Origin: a virus
Taxonomy: Duplodnaviria > Caudoviricetes
Strand: one strand, 5' to 3'
IMG/VR virus record: IMGVR_UViG_3300017540_000002
Span: 1 to 59,608 of that record
DNA length: 59,608 nt
Positions 17,759-28,800 of the stretch are shown here, piece after piece (positions within the stretch are counted from its first letter, which is position 1; every line of letters begins with the position of its first letter). Under the pieces are notes generated by a model. The model did not search any database. It worked only from the letters and a program-made list of their open reading frames with translations, and was not told where the DNA came from. Both the position numbers and the translations under genes were made by a program.

Positions 17759-18694
17759 ATGCGGTCCAAGTGCTTCACCCCGGTGCGCGCCCCGCGGATG
17801 CGGGTCACGCGCACGGACGGCTGCGGGCGTCCGGTCTACGGACCGGACTCGATGGGCGTGTCCCGCGGCTTCGTCACCATCACGGCGACGGGCAACTCGG
17901 AGGAGGGCGAGGCGATCAACGTCACCAACGCTGGTGGCGAGACCTGCGTCTACGATCCGCCCCGTCCGCGCTTCCTGAACTTCACGCTGGAACTGGCCTT
18001 CTGCCAGGTCGACCCGGCGCTGTTCTCGGTCCTGACGGGCCAGGAGGTCATCACCAACGAGGACGGCGTCGCCGTCGGCTTCTCGGTGAACTCCGACGTC
18101 GACACCTCGCTCACCGGCTTCGCGCTGGAGGCGTGGACCGGCGTCCCGTCGGTCGAGTGCTCCGACGACTCGGCCAGCGAGGGCACGTTCGGCTACATGC
18201 TGTGGCCGTTCGTCACCGGCGGCACGCTCGGCGACCTCACGCTGGAGAACGGCGCGGTCACCTTCACCATCTCGGGTGCGGCGACCAAGACCGGCTCGGC
18301 CTGGGGCTCGGGTCCGTACGACGTCGAACTCGTCGGCGGTGTCCCGTCGCCGCTGCTGCGGCCCGTGCAGACCGGCGACCACTTCCGCACCCTCGTGGTC
18401 GAGGTGGCTCCGCCGCCGGACTTCTGCGGCCTCCAGCCGGTGCTCGACCCGACCGAGGGCGACCCGCTGACCGACATCACCGTCACCCCCGACGGGGTGA
18501 ACGGCCTGGAGGTCACGATCGACCCCACGCCGGCCGGGTCGGAGCCGTGGGCCGTGTGGCTCGGGGACGGCATGTGGGACTACATCGAGACGGGCGGCTC
18601 GTACGTCTACACGTACGACCAGGCCGGCACCTACACCATCACCGCCCAGCGTGGCGGTGCGACGGTTACCAAGACGGTCACCGTCTCCTCCTGA
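17759..18694 (+). CDS. Major tail protein with C-terminal PKD/Ig-like domain
   Basis: MRVTRTDGCG...LAFCQVDP motif; WLGDG...YTYDQAGTYTIT tail. Confidence 0.85.
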   Translation: MRSKCFTPVRAPRMRVTRTDGCGRPVYGPDSMGVSRGFVTITATGNSEEGEAINVTNAGGETCVYDPPRPRFLNFTLELAFCQVDPALFSVLTGQEVITNEDGVAVGFSVNSDVDTSLTGFALEAWTGVPSVECSDDSASEGTFGYMLWPFVTGGTLGDLTLENGAVTFTISGAATKTGSAWGSGPYDVELVGGVPSPLLRPVQTGDHFRTLVVEVAPPPDFCGLQPVLDPTEGDPLTDITVTPDGVNGLEVTIDPTPAGSEPWAVWLGDGMWDYIETGGSYVYTYDQAGTYTITAQRGGATVTKTVTVSS

Positions 18695-18762
18695 TGTTGG
18701 TCGGGGGTGGGTCGCTCTCGGGCGGCCCACCTCCGTTCCGCTAGGTCCGAAAGGAATCCGCG

Positions 18763-19110
18763 ATGGCTCTCAACGACGCCGGTCTCGACGCTTTCACCGC
18801 CTCCTCGCCTGGGGCGACGCACGTCTCGCTGCACACGGCCGCGCCGGGCACGAACGGTGCGAACGAGTCCAGCGCGGGTCGGCTCGCGATCACATGGTCG
18901 GGGCCGACGAGCGGTGGCGACATGGCTGCGGCTGCTCCGCTTGCGTTCACGGGCGGCGAGCCGAACGGCGACATCGTGGCGGTGGGCCTGTGGACTGCTG
19001 CCACGGGCGGCACGTTCCTCGGCTGGCTGCCGACGACGGGCGACACCGCCTTCAACGCCGAGGGTGCGGCCACTGTCACGTCGCTGACCGTCTCGGCTAC
19101 CGCTTCCTGA
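18763..19110 (+). CDS. Small virion structural protein
   Basis: VSLHTAAPGTNGANE...VGLWTAATGGTFLG motif; GAAAGGA RBS. Confidence 0.75.
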   Translation: MALNDAGLDAFTASSPGATHVSLHTAAPGTNGANESSAGRLAITWSGPTSGGDMAAAAPLAFTGGEPNGDIVAVGLWTAATGGTFLGWLPTTGDTAFNAEGAATVTSLTVSATAS

Positions 19111-19170
19111 TCGCCGCGGGCTCCGTCACCGACGGTCCGCGGATTTGGGCATAGCACCTGGAGGTAAGCC

Positions 19171-22100
19171 GTGGCGATCACTTACGAGGCATCCGGCTCC
19201 ACGTCGATTACCTCGGCTTCTTCCTCGTGGTCGTTCACCCCGGACGCGGGCACTATCGCGGGCGACGTGTTCGTGGTGCAGGTGTTCACCCAGGACGCCG
19301 ATGCCAACATCACTGTCCCGCTCGGTTCGATCGCGATCGCCGTGAACAACGACGACCTCCAGTCCCCCGCTGGCGGTAACCGGGTAAGTGTGTTCGCGTG
19401 GCTGGCGGGGTGGGACGCCCCGGGTCCACAGACTGTCGGCGTCTCGGCTGCTGCTGAGGGCACGATCACCTGGGCGCGCTTCCGGGGCGTCGACGCATTC
19501 AACCCGTTCGATGCGTTCCAGTACGTGTCGGACGGAGGCGGGTCCGCAGTGTCGGACTTCTCCACACCTGCGGTGACGACCACAGTCGCTGACTGCTACA
19601 TCCTCGCTGGACTGTGCATCGACGCCGGAAGTTCGACTCCGACTCTGTCCGGCCCGTCCGGCTCCTGGACCAACCTGTTCCCGACCGTCTCCCCCCGCAA
19701 GGGTGCGATGGCACTCAAGGGCGTGCAGTCCTCGCCTGGGTCGTCCGGTGCGGTGACCGGCTGGGGGTCTAGCGAGGGTGGCACCGCTGACGCACCCCGC
19801 GTCGGCTGGCAGGCTGCACTCCGCCCCCGCATAGGCCCCTACCTGCGGAGCACGCAGACCTACGGGTCGGTCGGGCTCATCGACACGAACGCCAACCCGC
19901 CGACGCTCCCGGCGCCGGCCCTGCTGGCCGAGGGCGACCTGCTGCTGGTGGCGGCGTTCTTCGCGCAGGGGATCGCGACTGCCGGCGAGCAGCCCGTCCC
20001 GGACGGGATGGTCCGCCTCACCGACATCCCGGTCCCGACGACAGGCGACACCCGCCGCGGCGTCGTATTCGGGGCCGTGGTGGAGGACCCCGCAGACTTC
20101 GCTGGCGGGATCGAACTGCGCTCCCCTGCGACGGCGACGCGCATCGCCGCGGTGGCCCTCGCCTACCAGCCGTCCGAGGGCAAGCGGCTCGACCTCGACG
20201 CACTGTCGGTCCCCACGCCGACGTGGCACACCTCGAACCTCACGGACATCCCCTTCCCCGCGGGGGCTACGGGCGACCTCGTGCTCGGCGTGGTCATGAC
20301 CAACAAGAGCGCAAGCCTCACCTACACCTCGCACACGCCCGTCGGCGGCGGCATGCTGATCCGGTCAACGCGCGCGGTGAACGGGACGACCGGCAGCCAG
20401 GCGGACAGCGTGGTCTCGGTGACGCAGGGCGGCACGGGCGTCACGTTCAATCTCCCCCAGGCCAACGGCATCGGCATGTCCATCGGCATCACCGAGGTCG
20501 ATGGCGACGACCCGGAGCCGAGCGGCATCTGGTTCGAGACGGACTTCACCGGCGGTGCGCCTGGCACCGAAGCGACGACCGCCACCGAGCCTGAGGTAGA
20601 CATCTTCACCTACCCGATGGTCTACGCCTCGGTCCCGAACACCCCCTTTCAAGGGGTGCGGCCGCGGACTGACGGATACTCCGAGGCGCGGATACTCACC
20701 GAAGGCCGGACGAAGTGGCGGGCGGGCATCCGGCTGTACTTCGAGTCCAGCACCACGGCGACCGGCTACTACTACGCGATCGGCGCTCGGATCGGGAGCA
20801 CCCTGTCCTTCGACACCGGCCTGCGCGGGAACTCGACCACGGGCAACCGTCACGGTTCGACTCGCAACAACTTCACCTACGTCGGCGAGACGCTGCCCAA
20901 CGTCATTCAGGCGGGGGAAATCTGGTCGTACGAGTTGCTGTACGACGAGGGCGACGTCACGGTCATGATCTGGGATCACGGCCTGGCGTCGAGCCCGGCG
21001 CTGGACCTGTCCACCCAGCGCGCGCCGGACTACACCTGGACCTACACCTCCGCGCTGGAGACCCCGACCGACTGGTACTTCGGGCCAAGCGGTGCTACGG
21101 GGGTCTCGGCGATCCTCTTCGACGCCTGGGCCACCGAGGGTGAGCGCCGCGAGGGTCCCGAGCCCGACCCTGCGGTCACGCATTGGGCTCACAACGGTTC
21201 CAGCAGGCACGACCGGTTCCTGGTCGCGGCCCGCGTCGAGGACGCCGAGAGCGTCGCGATCGAGTACAGCACCAGCCCCGACTTCGCGGGTGGCACCACG
21301 AGCGCGGCGGTCACCGAGCCGCTCACGCCGGATGGGCACTACCGGCTGGAGGCGACCGGTCTGACGCCCGCCACCACGTACTACTGGCGCCTGGTCGTCA
21401 ACGGCAGCCCGACGGGGCAGACCGGCCGCACCAAGACGCTCGCAGCACCGGGCGGGCCGGCGGACATGCGGATCGTGTGGGGCTCGTGCTACTGGTCGAA
21501 CGCCAGCGCGGTGTTCCCGCTCATCGGGGCGCACGATCCCGACCTGATCGTGCAGGTGGGCGACGACGGCTACACCTTCTACAGCGCCGGGGAGACGAAC
21601 CCGAACCCGGGCCAGCCCTACCCGGCACCGGCGGACACGGCGCTGATCCGAAGCATCCGCGACGAGGTCTTCACCCGCGTCGGTCGGGCCACGATGACGA
21701 CGGCGTTCCCGGTCGAGCACATGTACTCCGACTGCGACGGCCTCGGCGGCAACATGGACTCCACCGAAGGGGCTCCAGAGAACGTGCAAGAGGCGTGGCG
21801 GCAGATGTACGCCCACTACCTCGACCACGCTGACACCGGATTCCGCACCTGGGTTTCGGGCCGAGTGCGCTTCATCGTGGTGGACGAGAACACCGCCTCG
21901 GACGCGAAGAACTCGCCGCAGTCCCCGACCAAGAGCAAGTTGGGCGCGGCGCAGAAGGCGCTGCTGTTCGCGGCGCTGGACCAGGCCGCTGCTGACGGCC
22001 ACTTCGTGGTGCTGTTCGGAGACGGACCCTGGTACGGGGCGCGCGACAACAGCCTGAGCAGCACCGGCATCGGCTACAACAAGTACGACGACGAGCGCAC

Positions 22101-23100
22101 CGAAATCGGCCAGAAGGTGCAGCAGTGCATCGCAGACGGGATGCTCGGCTTCCACCGCTACCACGGCGACGACCACACCCTGTACGGCGACTCCGGCGCT
22201 AACAACGCCTGGGGCGGATTCCCGGTGTACTGCGCCGCGCCGATGAACGAGACCTCGAACACCGGCACGATCGCTACCTACGACGCCGGGAAGTGGCCGA
22301 CGACCCCGGCGGAGGCTGGCAGCGCCCGCCAGTACGGCGTCATCGACATCACCGACGACGGTGTCACCATCACGGTGCGCACTCGGGGTTTCTCCTCCAC
22401 GCCGTCGGAGCCGACCGAGGTGGTGCGGTACGACCAGACGCTGACCTACGCCGAGCCGCCCGCGGAGGTCAGCGCCAGCGGCTCCATCGAGCGGGGTGGC
22501 CTGGCGGTCGTCGAGCAACCCGTGGTGCCGCCCGCCGAGGTGAGCGCCAGCGCCAGCATCGTCCGCTCGGGCGCTGCCGTCGTCGACTCCCCTGCCATCC
22601 CGCCCGCCGAGGTGGAGGCCAGCACCGGCGTCACGCGCGGCGGCCTGGCTGTCCTGGAGGCTCCGTCGGTGCCGCCCGCCGAGGTGTCGGCCAGCACGGC
22701 GCTCGTTCGCTCTGGAGTCGCCACGGTGGCGGCTCCGACGGTGCCGCCGTCGCAGGTGCAGGCCACGGCCTCCCTGTCTCGGGGCGGAGTAGCCACGGTG
22801 GCGACTCCGACAGTGCCGCCCGCCGAGGTGCAGGCCGCCGCCTCCCTGTCCCGCTCTGGAGTCGCCACCGTGGTGACTACGGACGTGCCGCCGTCGCAGG
22901 TGCAGGCGCTCACGATGCGGCTGCTGGCCGGGCTCGCGATCATCTCGTCCGCGCCGGTGCCACCGGCCGAGGTGCAGGCCGCCGGTTCGATCGTGCGCGG
23001 GGGTGTTGCGCGGATCAGCAACGGCCAGCGAGTCCCGATCCTGGACCCTGTGATCGGCCCGTATCGTAGGCGTACGCTGATCGACCCTGTGGAGACCTGA
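19171..23100 (+). CDS. Large virion-associated protein with PhoD-like metallophosphoesterase domain and C-terminal 24-aa repeats
   Basis: FN3-like GLTPATTYYWR, IVWGSC, PDLIVQVGD, RFIVVD and GDDH motifs. Confidence 0.75.
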   Translation: MAITYEASGSTSITSASSSWSFTPDAGTIAGDVFVVQVFTQDADANITVPLGSIAIAVNNDDLQSPAGGNRVSVFAWLAGWDAPGPQTVGVSAAAEGTITWARFRGVDAFNPFDAFQYVSDGGGSAVSDFSTPAVTTTVADCYILAGLCIDAGSSTPTLSGPSGSWTNLFPTVSPRKGAMALKGVQSSPGSSGAVTGWGSSEGGTADAPRVGWQAALRPRIGPYLRSTQTYGSVGLIDTNANPPTLPAPALLAEGDLLLVAAFFAQGIATAGEQPVPDGMVRLTDIPVPTTGDTRRGVVFGAVVEDPADFAGGIELRSPATATRIAAVALAYQPSEGKRLDLDALSVPTPTWHTSNLTDIPFPAGATGDLVLGVVMTNKSASLTYTSHTPVGGGMLIRSTRAVNGTTGSQADSVVSVTQGGTGVTFNLPQANGIGMSIGITEVDGDDPEPSGIWFETDFTGGAPGTEATTATEPEVDIFTYPMVYASVPNTPFQGVRPRTDGYSEARILTEGRTKWRAGIRLYFESSTTATGYYYAIGARIGSTLSFDTGLRGNSTTGNRHGSTRNNFTYVGETLPNVIQAGEIWSYELLYDEGDVTVMIWDHGLASSPALDLSTQRAPDYTWTYTSALETPTDWYFGPSGATGVSAILFDAWATEGERREGPEPDPAVTHWAHNGSSRHDRFLVAARVEDAESVAIEYSTSPDFAGGTTSAAVTEPLTPDGHYRLEATGLTPATTYYWRLVVNGSPTGQTGRTKTLAAPGGPADMRIVWGSCYWSNASAVFPLIGAHDPDLIVQVGDDGYTFYSAGETNPNPGQPYPAPADTALIRSIRDEVFTRVGRATMTTAFPVEHMYSDCDGLGGNMDSTEGAPENVQEAWRQMYAHYLDHADTGFRTWVSGRVRFIVVDENTASDAKNSPQSPTKSKLGAAQKALLFAALDQAAADGHFVVLFGDGPWYGARDNSLSSTGIGYNKYDDERTEIGQKVQQCIADGMLGFHRYHGDDHTLYGDSGANNAWGGFPVYCAAPMNETSNTGTIATYDAGKWPTTPAEAGSARQYGVIDITDDGVTITVRTRGFSSTPSEPTEVVRYDQTLTYAEPPAEVSASGSIERGGLAVVEQPVVPPAEVSASASIVRSGAAVVDSPAIPPAEVEASTGVTRGGLAVLEAPSVPPAEVSASTALVRSGVATVAAPTVPPSQVQATASLSRGGVATVATPTVPPAEVQAAASLSRSGVATVVTTDVPPSQVQALTMRLLAGLAIISSAPVPPAEVQAAGSIVRGGVARISNGQRVPILDPVIGPYRRRTLIDPVET
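22456..23030 (+). repeat. Eight 72-bp / 24-aa tandem repeats containing palindrome copies 12-14
   Basis: PPAEV...RSGVATV; palindromes at 22714-22736, 22786-22808 and 22858-22880. Confidence 0.85.
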
Positions 23101-24137
23101 TGAGCACCGTCATCCTGCACCCCGCGGGCCGGGACGACGCTCGCTGGCGGCTCCCGAACACCGACGGCTCGGAGGCGCTGGTCGTCTCCCTCGACGACGG
23201 CCACACCTGGCACCCGCTGGTGTACGACGACGGCGAGTGGGTGCTGCGCGTCCAGGGCGAGCGCGCGCTCCCCCTCGACCCGAGCGCGGTCACGCTGCCG
23301 TCCGGGCTCCACGGGGCGCTCATCAAGGCGGAGGCCAGCGGCCTGATCCTGCTGCGCGACGCCGGGGCTGTGCTGATCGAGAGCGAGTGCACCGAGTGGC
23401 CGGTGGACTGGTCGGCGTGCGGCGGCGCACCGGAGGACCCGGACCTGCGAGCGCGCGCCGAGTACCTCGCGACCACCACCCTGCGGGCGCTGACCCTCGG
23501 CCGCGTCGGCGGCTGCCCCATCACGGTGCGCCCGTGCGCGCAGGGCTGCGTCGACGCGCACCTGCCCGGGCTGGGGAGGCTGCCGTTCTTCCCCCACATC
23601 GGCCCCAGCGGCCGGTGGGTGAACTCGTGCGGGTGCAGCGGCTCGTGCCACTGCGGCCAGGCGATGAGCAGCGTGGTGCTCGACACCCCCATCGGCCGGA
23701 TCGACGAGGTGATCGTGCACGGCGTCGTGCTCGACCCGTCGTCCTACCGCGCGGAGGGCGGTCGCCTGTACCGGCTCGACGGCGAGCCCTGGCCGGCGTG
23801 CCAGGACTTCTCCCAGCCGTACGACGGGGAGGACGCCTTCTCGATCACCTACCTCAACGCCTACCCCGTCACCTACGCGGGTGCGGTGGCCGCGGGCGTG
23901 CTGGCTCAGGAGTACGCGAAGGCGTGCTCGGGTCGCTCGTGCTCGCTGCCCCCGGGTGTCGTCTCGCTGTCCCGGCAGGGGGTGTCGATGGAGTTCGCGC
24001 GCGACCTGTTCGACGGCGGGCTCACCGGCATCCGGGAGGTCGACGTGTTCACCTCGCAGTACAACCCGAACCGGCTGCGCGTGCGGCCGATGGTGTACTC
24101 GCCGGACCTCGTGTCGCCGCGGCGGGTGCCCCGGTGA
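23100..24137 (+). CDS. Head-to-tail adaptor
   Basis: Cys-rich; SLSRQGVS...LTGIREVD motif; synteny. Confidence 0.75.
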   Translation: MSTVILHPAGRDDARWRLPNTDGSEALVVSLDDGHTWHPLVYDDGEWVLRVQGERALPLDPSAVTLPSGLHGALIKAEASGLILLRDAGAVLIESECTEWPVDWSACGGAPEDPDLRARAEYLATTTLRALTLGRVGGCPITVRPCAQGCVDAHLPGLGRLPFFPHIGPSGRWVNSCGCSGSCHCGQAMSSVVLDTPIGRIDEVIVHGVVLDPSSYRAEGGRLYRLDGEPWPACQDFSQPYDGEDAFSITYLNAYPVTYAGAVAAGVLAQEYAKACSGRSCSLPPGVVSLSRQGVSMEFARDLFDGGLTGIREVDVFTSQYNPNRLRVRPMVYSPDLVSPRRVPR

Positions 24138-24622
24138 TCGGCACGACCCTCGCCTCGCTGCGCGAGTGCCTGTGCGCGGAACTCGCGAAGCCGAACTACG
24201 CCGGCCAGACCGAGGACGTCTGCTTCTGCGGCGTCGTCGCGGGGGACTCGACGCTGCTGGAGTACGTGCGCGACCAGGGCGTCATGGGGTGGGTCCGGCT
24301 GTCCGACACCTTCCCCTCGCAGCAGTTCCCCGAGGCCGACGCCGAGTCGAACGTCTGCAACTCCACCTTCCTCGCCTACGAGGTGGAGGTCGGGATCGGG
24401 CGCTGCGCCCCCATCGGGGACCGGGTGCCGCCGACCGAGGAGGAGTGGCTGGACCTCGCGCTCGCGCAGGCCAACGACATCGAGCGGCTGCGCCGGGCGA
24501 TCCACTGCTGCCTGTCGGGCACCGATCAGCAGTTCGTCCTCGGGTCGCTGGGGATGATCGGCCCGCAGGGTGGCGTGCTCGCCACCTCGTGGACGGTGCT
24601 GGTCTCCGAGCCGGTGGGGTAG
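24134..24622 (+). CDS. Tail terminator-like protein
   Basis: GTGA-coupled; EVGIGRCAP and GPQGGV motifs; synteny. Confidence 0.7.
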   Translation: MIGTTLASLRECLCAELAKPNYAGQTEDVCFCGVVAGDSTLLEYVRDQGVMGWVRLSDTFPSQQFPEADAESNVCNSTFLAYEVEVGIGRCAPIGDRVPPTEEEWLDLALAQANDIERLRRAIHCCLSGTDQQFVLGSLGMIGPQGGVLATSWTVLVSEPVG

Positions 24623-24625
24623 GTC

Positions 24626-25081
24626 GTGTACACCCAGCGCGTCATCTCAGTCACCTACCCGGTGCAGATGCGCCGGATGTTCCTCCCGGCCGGGGAGGTC
24701 TACTCGTGGTTCCAGCGCAACGTGCGCCGGCCGATCCATCGCAAGGCCGTCACCTCCGCCCCCAGGGGTCGCAGCGGCCACCTCGCGCGCAGCCACGCCT
24801 CCCGCGTCCAGGGCACGAACCAGTACCTCCTCCGCGTCGAGGTGTGGAACAGCGCCCACTACGCCCGCTCGGTGCACGACGGCCACGCCTCGGCGATCAT
24901 CGAGGGCCGTCCCTGGCTGTGGGTCGGCGTGCAGGGTCCGCTCCTCCCGGACACCGACGGCCCGGTGCGCATGTTCGAGGTCTCCGGCGTCGGGTTCAGC
25001 ACCCACCCGAACGCGAAGGGGCGACAGCCCTGGATCGCCCAAGCCATGCGGTGGGGGCTAGCCCGGAAGCGACTTCTCTGA
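24626..25081 (+). CDS. HK97 gp10-like tail completion protein
   Basis: AP..SGHLARS, YARSVHDG and QPWI..AM motifs. Confidence 0.7.
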   Translation: MYTQRVISVTYPVQMRRMFLPAGEVYSWFQRNVRRPIHRKAVTSAPRGRSGHLARSHASRVQGTNQYLLRVEVWNSAHYARSVHDGHASAIIEGRPWLWVGVQGPLLPDTDGPVRMFEVSGVGFSTHPNAKGRQPWIAQAMRWGLARKRLL

Positions 25082-25125
25082 CGGTACGCTGACGCCAATA
25101 CCAGCCGACCCGAAGGGACGCAACT

Positions 25126-25608
25126 ATGACCGTGACCGAGATGGACGCCGCGGTGGACGCGCAGATGCGCGACGAGGACGAGCACATGGAGGTCGAGTTC
25201 GACGGCCTGCTCGACGAGGACGGCAACACGCTGAAGGTGAAGGTCAGGTCGATGACCGGCGGCCAGGGCGTGGCGCTGATGAACCTGATGAACCGGCTCA
25301 ACCGCCGCGGGACCTCCGACGAGACCGCCGCGAAGTTGATCGGCCGGTTCGCCATGCTGATCGTGTCGCTGGTCGTGGAGGAGGAGGACCGCGACTACAT
25401 CGAGGACGAGATGGCCCTCGGCAACGTCAACGCCGAGCACCTCATCGACTTCTGGCGCAAGATCGCGGAGGCCGATGCCGGACGCCCTACCGAGTCGCGT
25501 ACCGACTCGTCGCGTACGCCGAGCAGTCCTGGCCCCTCATCTCCGGCGAAGTCGCAGCGCAGGGTGCCTGCCTCGAAGCGTTCCCCCTCGGGAGGTTCTG
25601 CGACGTGA
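25126..25608 (+). CDS. Tail assembly chaperone (G)
   Basis: Upstream of tape measure; GRPT motif followed by a Ser-rich tail. Confidence 0.8.
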   Translation: MTVTEMDAAVDAQMRDEDEHMEVEFDGLLDEDGNTLKVKVRSMTGGQGVALMNLMNRLNRRGTSDETAAKLIGRFAMLIVSLVVEEEDRDYIEDEMALGNVNAEHLIDFWRKIAEADAGRPTESRTDSSRTPSSPGPSSPAKSQRRVPASKRSPSGGSAT

Positions 25609-25796
25609 TCTACGCCTGGATCATGAACCGCCTGCCCGCTGAGGACGACAAGGGCGGCATGACCCGGGACCAGTTCGACCACCACCTCAACCTCCCCGAT
25701 CCCGCGCTGGACGGCCGCCGGCTCACGTCGGCGGCCGCCCCAGCCGGGGTCGACTCGGGAGTCGAGGCCCTCGCTCAGTTCTCAGCCTTCGGATAG
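25485..25796 (+). CDS. Tail assembly chaperone frameshift extension (T, -1 frame)
   Basis: The -1 frame is open from CCC at 25485: PYRVAYRLVAYAEQSWPLISGE...RFCDVIYAW. Confidence 0.65.
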   Translation, partial: PYRVAYRLVAYAEQSWPLISGEVAAQGACLEAFPLGRFCDVIYAWIMNRLPAEDDKGGMTRDQFDHHLNLPDPALDGRRLTSAAAPAGVDSGVEALAQFSAFG

Positions 25797-25805
25797 GGAG
25801 TCCAG

Positions 25806-28800
25806 ATGGCCCGCGGCCCCAAGGTGGGTGATGCGTACATCCGCATCACCGCTGACGGCAAGTCGGTCCGCCGCGCGCTGGACAAGTTGGAGGCTGACAA
25901 CCGCAAGATTCTCGGCAAGGGCGGCAACCTCGCGGGCAAGGAGTGGTCGGCCAACTTCGACCGCGTCGTCGCCCAGCGGGTGCGGAAGTCGTTCAGCGAC
26001 CTGTCGAACGCGACGGTCGACGGCGACTTCTCGCGGCTGATCCGCTCCCACGAGGTGGTCGAGGAGGGCGTCAAGCGGATCAAGCGCGAACTCGCCGGGT
26101 GGGAGAAGGGCTACGTCCGCATCGGCAACCGCCTGGTGAAGTTGCCGCGCGACATGCAGAGCACGATGCGGCTCACCCGCGAGCAGCGGCTCGAAATCGA
26201 GAAGATGCTCGACCTGTTCGAGGAGCAGGCCGTCATCGAGCGCTCGCGGCAGCAGATCGCCGAGGGGAACCTCCGGGCGGAGAAGGCTCGGGCGCAGGCC
26301 GCGAAGCAGGCGGCGAAGGATGCGCTGCGGGCGGACCGCCTCTGGCGCACCACCGCGCAGGCGCGGGCTCGCCACGAGAAGGAAGTGCTGTCGATCGGCC
26401 GACAGGTCGTCAAGCAGTACAACGACATCGTCAAGGCCCAGCAGAAGGCCACCGAGGAGTCGGTGCGCGCCGCCGAGCGCAACGCGAAGGCCGTCGAGCG
26501 GCAGCGCAACGAGCACGACCGGCTGGCGAGTTCGGTGCGCGACCTGGGTCGCCAGGTCGACATGATGAGCAACAAGACCATCTCCTGGTCCCGACGGGAC
26601 CGGGCGGCGGTCGAGCAACTGCGCCGCGAGTGGGAGTTGCTCACCATCAACCTGAACAGCGGCAAGTTCGACAACCGGACGATCATCCGGCAGTTGACCG
26701 AGGTCCAGCACAAGTTCCGGGACACCGCGGTCGACATCGACCGGCAGTCGAAGGTCATCGGCAGCAAGGCGACCTGGCTGCGGCGGTTCCGCGCGGAGTT
26801 GCGCTCGATCGACCGCGACTCCGGCCGGGTGACGAAGTCGATCAACGCGATGCGGTCGGTCATCGCGGCCACCGCTCAGACCATCGGCTCGAAGTTGTCG
26901 CAGTCGTGGAAGCGGATGGACTCCACGGTGCGGCTCGTGCTGACCCTGATCGCGTCCGCGGCCGAGCATGTCGCCACCCTGGGGTCCGCGGTATCTTCCG
27001 CGGCCACCGCGGTGCTGTCGAGCCTCGTCTACGCCCTCGGGATCGCGATCCCGCTCGCGGCGGGCCTCGTTGCGGGGCTGCTGGGTGTCGGCCTGGCGGT
27101 CCAGGCGTGGAAGTCGATGTCGGAGGAGATGGCCTCCTTCCAGCGCGCCGTCGAGCGGGTCAAGGACGCCTGGTCGGAGCAGGCTCAGGCGTTCGCTGAC
27201 GCCTGGGCACCGGCCCTGATCCCGTTCCTCGACTCGATCAGCCGCCTGATGGAGGTCTCGAACCTCGGCAAGACGCTCGGGGGTGCGTTCGCTGGCATCA
27301 CGGACGCCTTCTCGGGGGTCATCAACGGCCCCGGTATGCAGGCGTTCCTCACCGCAGTGCAGGGGCCGCTCGCCGCTGGCATCGAGTCCTTCGGCCAGGG
27401 TGTCGCGAGCGTCACGGACGGCCTGCTGTGGCTGTTCGCGGCCGCTGCGCCGGGCTTCCAGGTGCTCGGGGACATGTTCTCGCAGTGGGGCGGCCGTTTC
27501 TCGGAGACGATGCAGCGGATGGCCGAGGACGGCACGATCGCCGACTTCGTCGACCGGGCCATCAACGCGTGGCAGGACCTCATGGGGGTCATCGGCCCCC
27601 TCGGGAAGGCCCTCGGCAACATCTTCAACGTCGGGGAGGAGTCCGGCGGGCGGCTGCTGGAGCGCCTCGGCAACATCATGGAGCGCTTCGAGGAGTGGAC
27701 CTCCTCGCTGGAGGGCAAGAACGCCCTCGCGGAGTGGTTCAAGAACGGCGAGACCGTCATGGGCGGCCTCGGCGATCTCATCGGCGGGGTCAGCGAGGCG
27801 CTCGCCTCCCTGGTCGACGCTGGCACGGTCGCCCGGCTGACCGACTTCCTCAGCAGTCTCGGCGAACTCGCGCCCTACCTGGCCGACGTGCTGCGGGTGG
27901 TGTCCAACGTCAACATCCTCGGCGCGCTGGTGGACGCCCTCAACGCCGTCGGGGCCGCGATCCAGCCGCTCATGCCCCACCTGGAGGCGCTGTCCCTGAT
28001 GCTCGGGCAGGCGCTCGGGGCGGCCATCACCGCGCTCACCCCGCTGCTCATGTCGATCGGCGAGGCGCTGGTGCCGATCATGAACGCCCTCATGCCGATC
28101 GTGACGGCGCTGCTGCCCGTGCTCGTGCAGTTGATCGCCTCGCTGGTGCCCGTGCTCGTGCCCGTGATCGAACTGATCAGCGTCGTGCTCGCGGACGCCC
28201 TCACGAACCTGCTGCCGATCATCATGGCGATCGTCCAGGGCATCCAGACCTACCTCATCCCGATCATCGAGTCGCTCGTGCCGGTGCTACAGAACGTCGT
28301 CGGCTTCATCTCCGCGCTCATCAACGGGGATTGGGCCGCGGCCTGGGACTCGCTGACGAAGTTGGTCGAGAGCGCCTGGGACTTCATCGTCTCGCTGGTG
28401 ACGAACGCCTCCGCGTTCATCGAGTCCATCATCATCACGGCGATGAGCGCGTTGCAGCAGAACTTCGCCAAGTCGTGGGAGGCGATCAAGTCCTTCGCCG
28501 CCTCGTTCTGGCAGTGGCTCATCAGCATCGCGCAGAGCGGGATGACGAGCCTGCGGACGAACGTCAGCAACGCCCTGGCGAACGTGCGCACGTTCTTCTC
28601 GAACGCCTGGACCAACATCAAGACCGCGGCCAACAACTTCTGGAACAGCCTCATCTCGGCGGCCCGGACGCAGTTGAACAACGTGGTCACCGCGGTCAAG
28701 GAACTGCCGACGAAGATCAAGAACGGGCTCGTCAGCATCGCCAACACCGGCATGCAGATCGCGAGCGACTTCATCAGCGGCGTCGTCAACGGCATCACCA

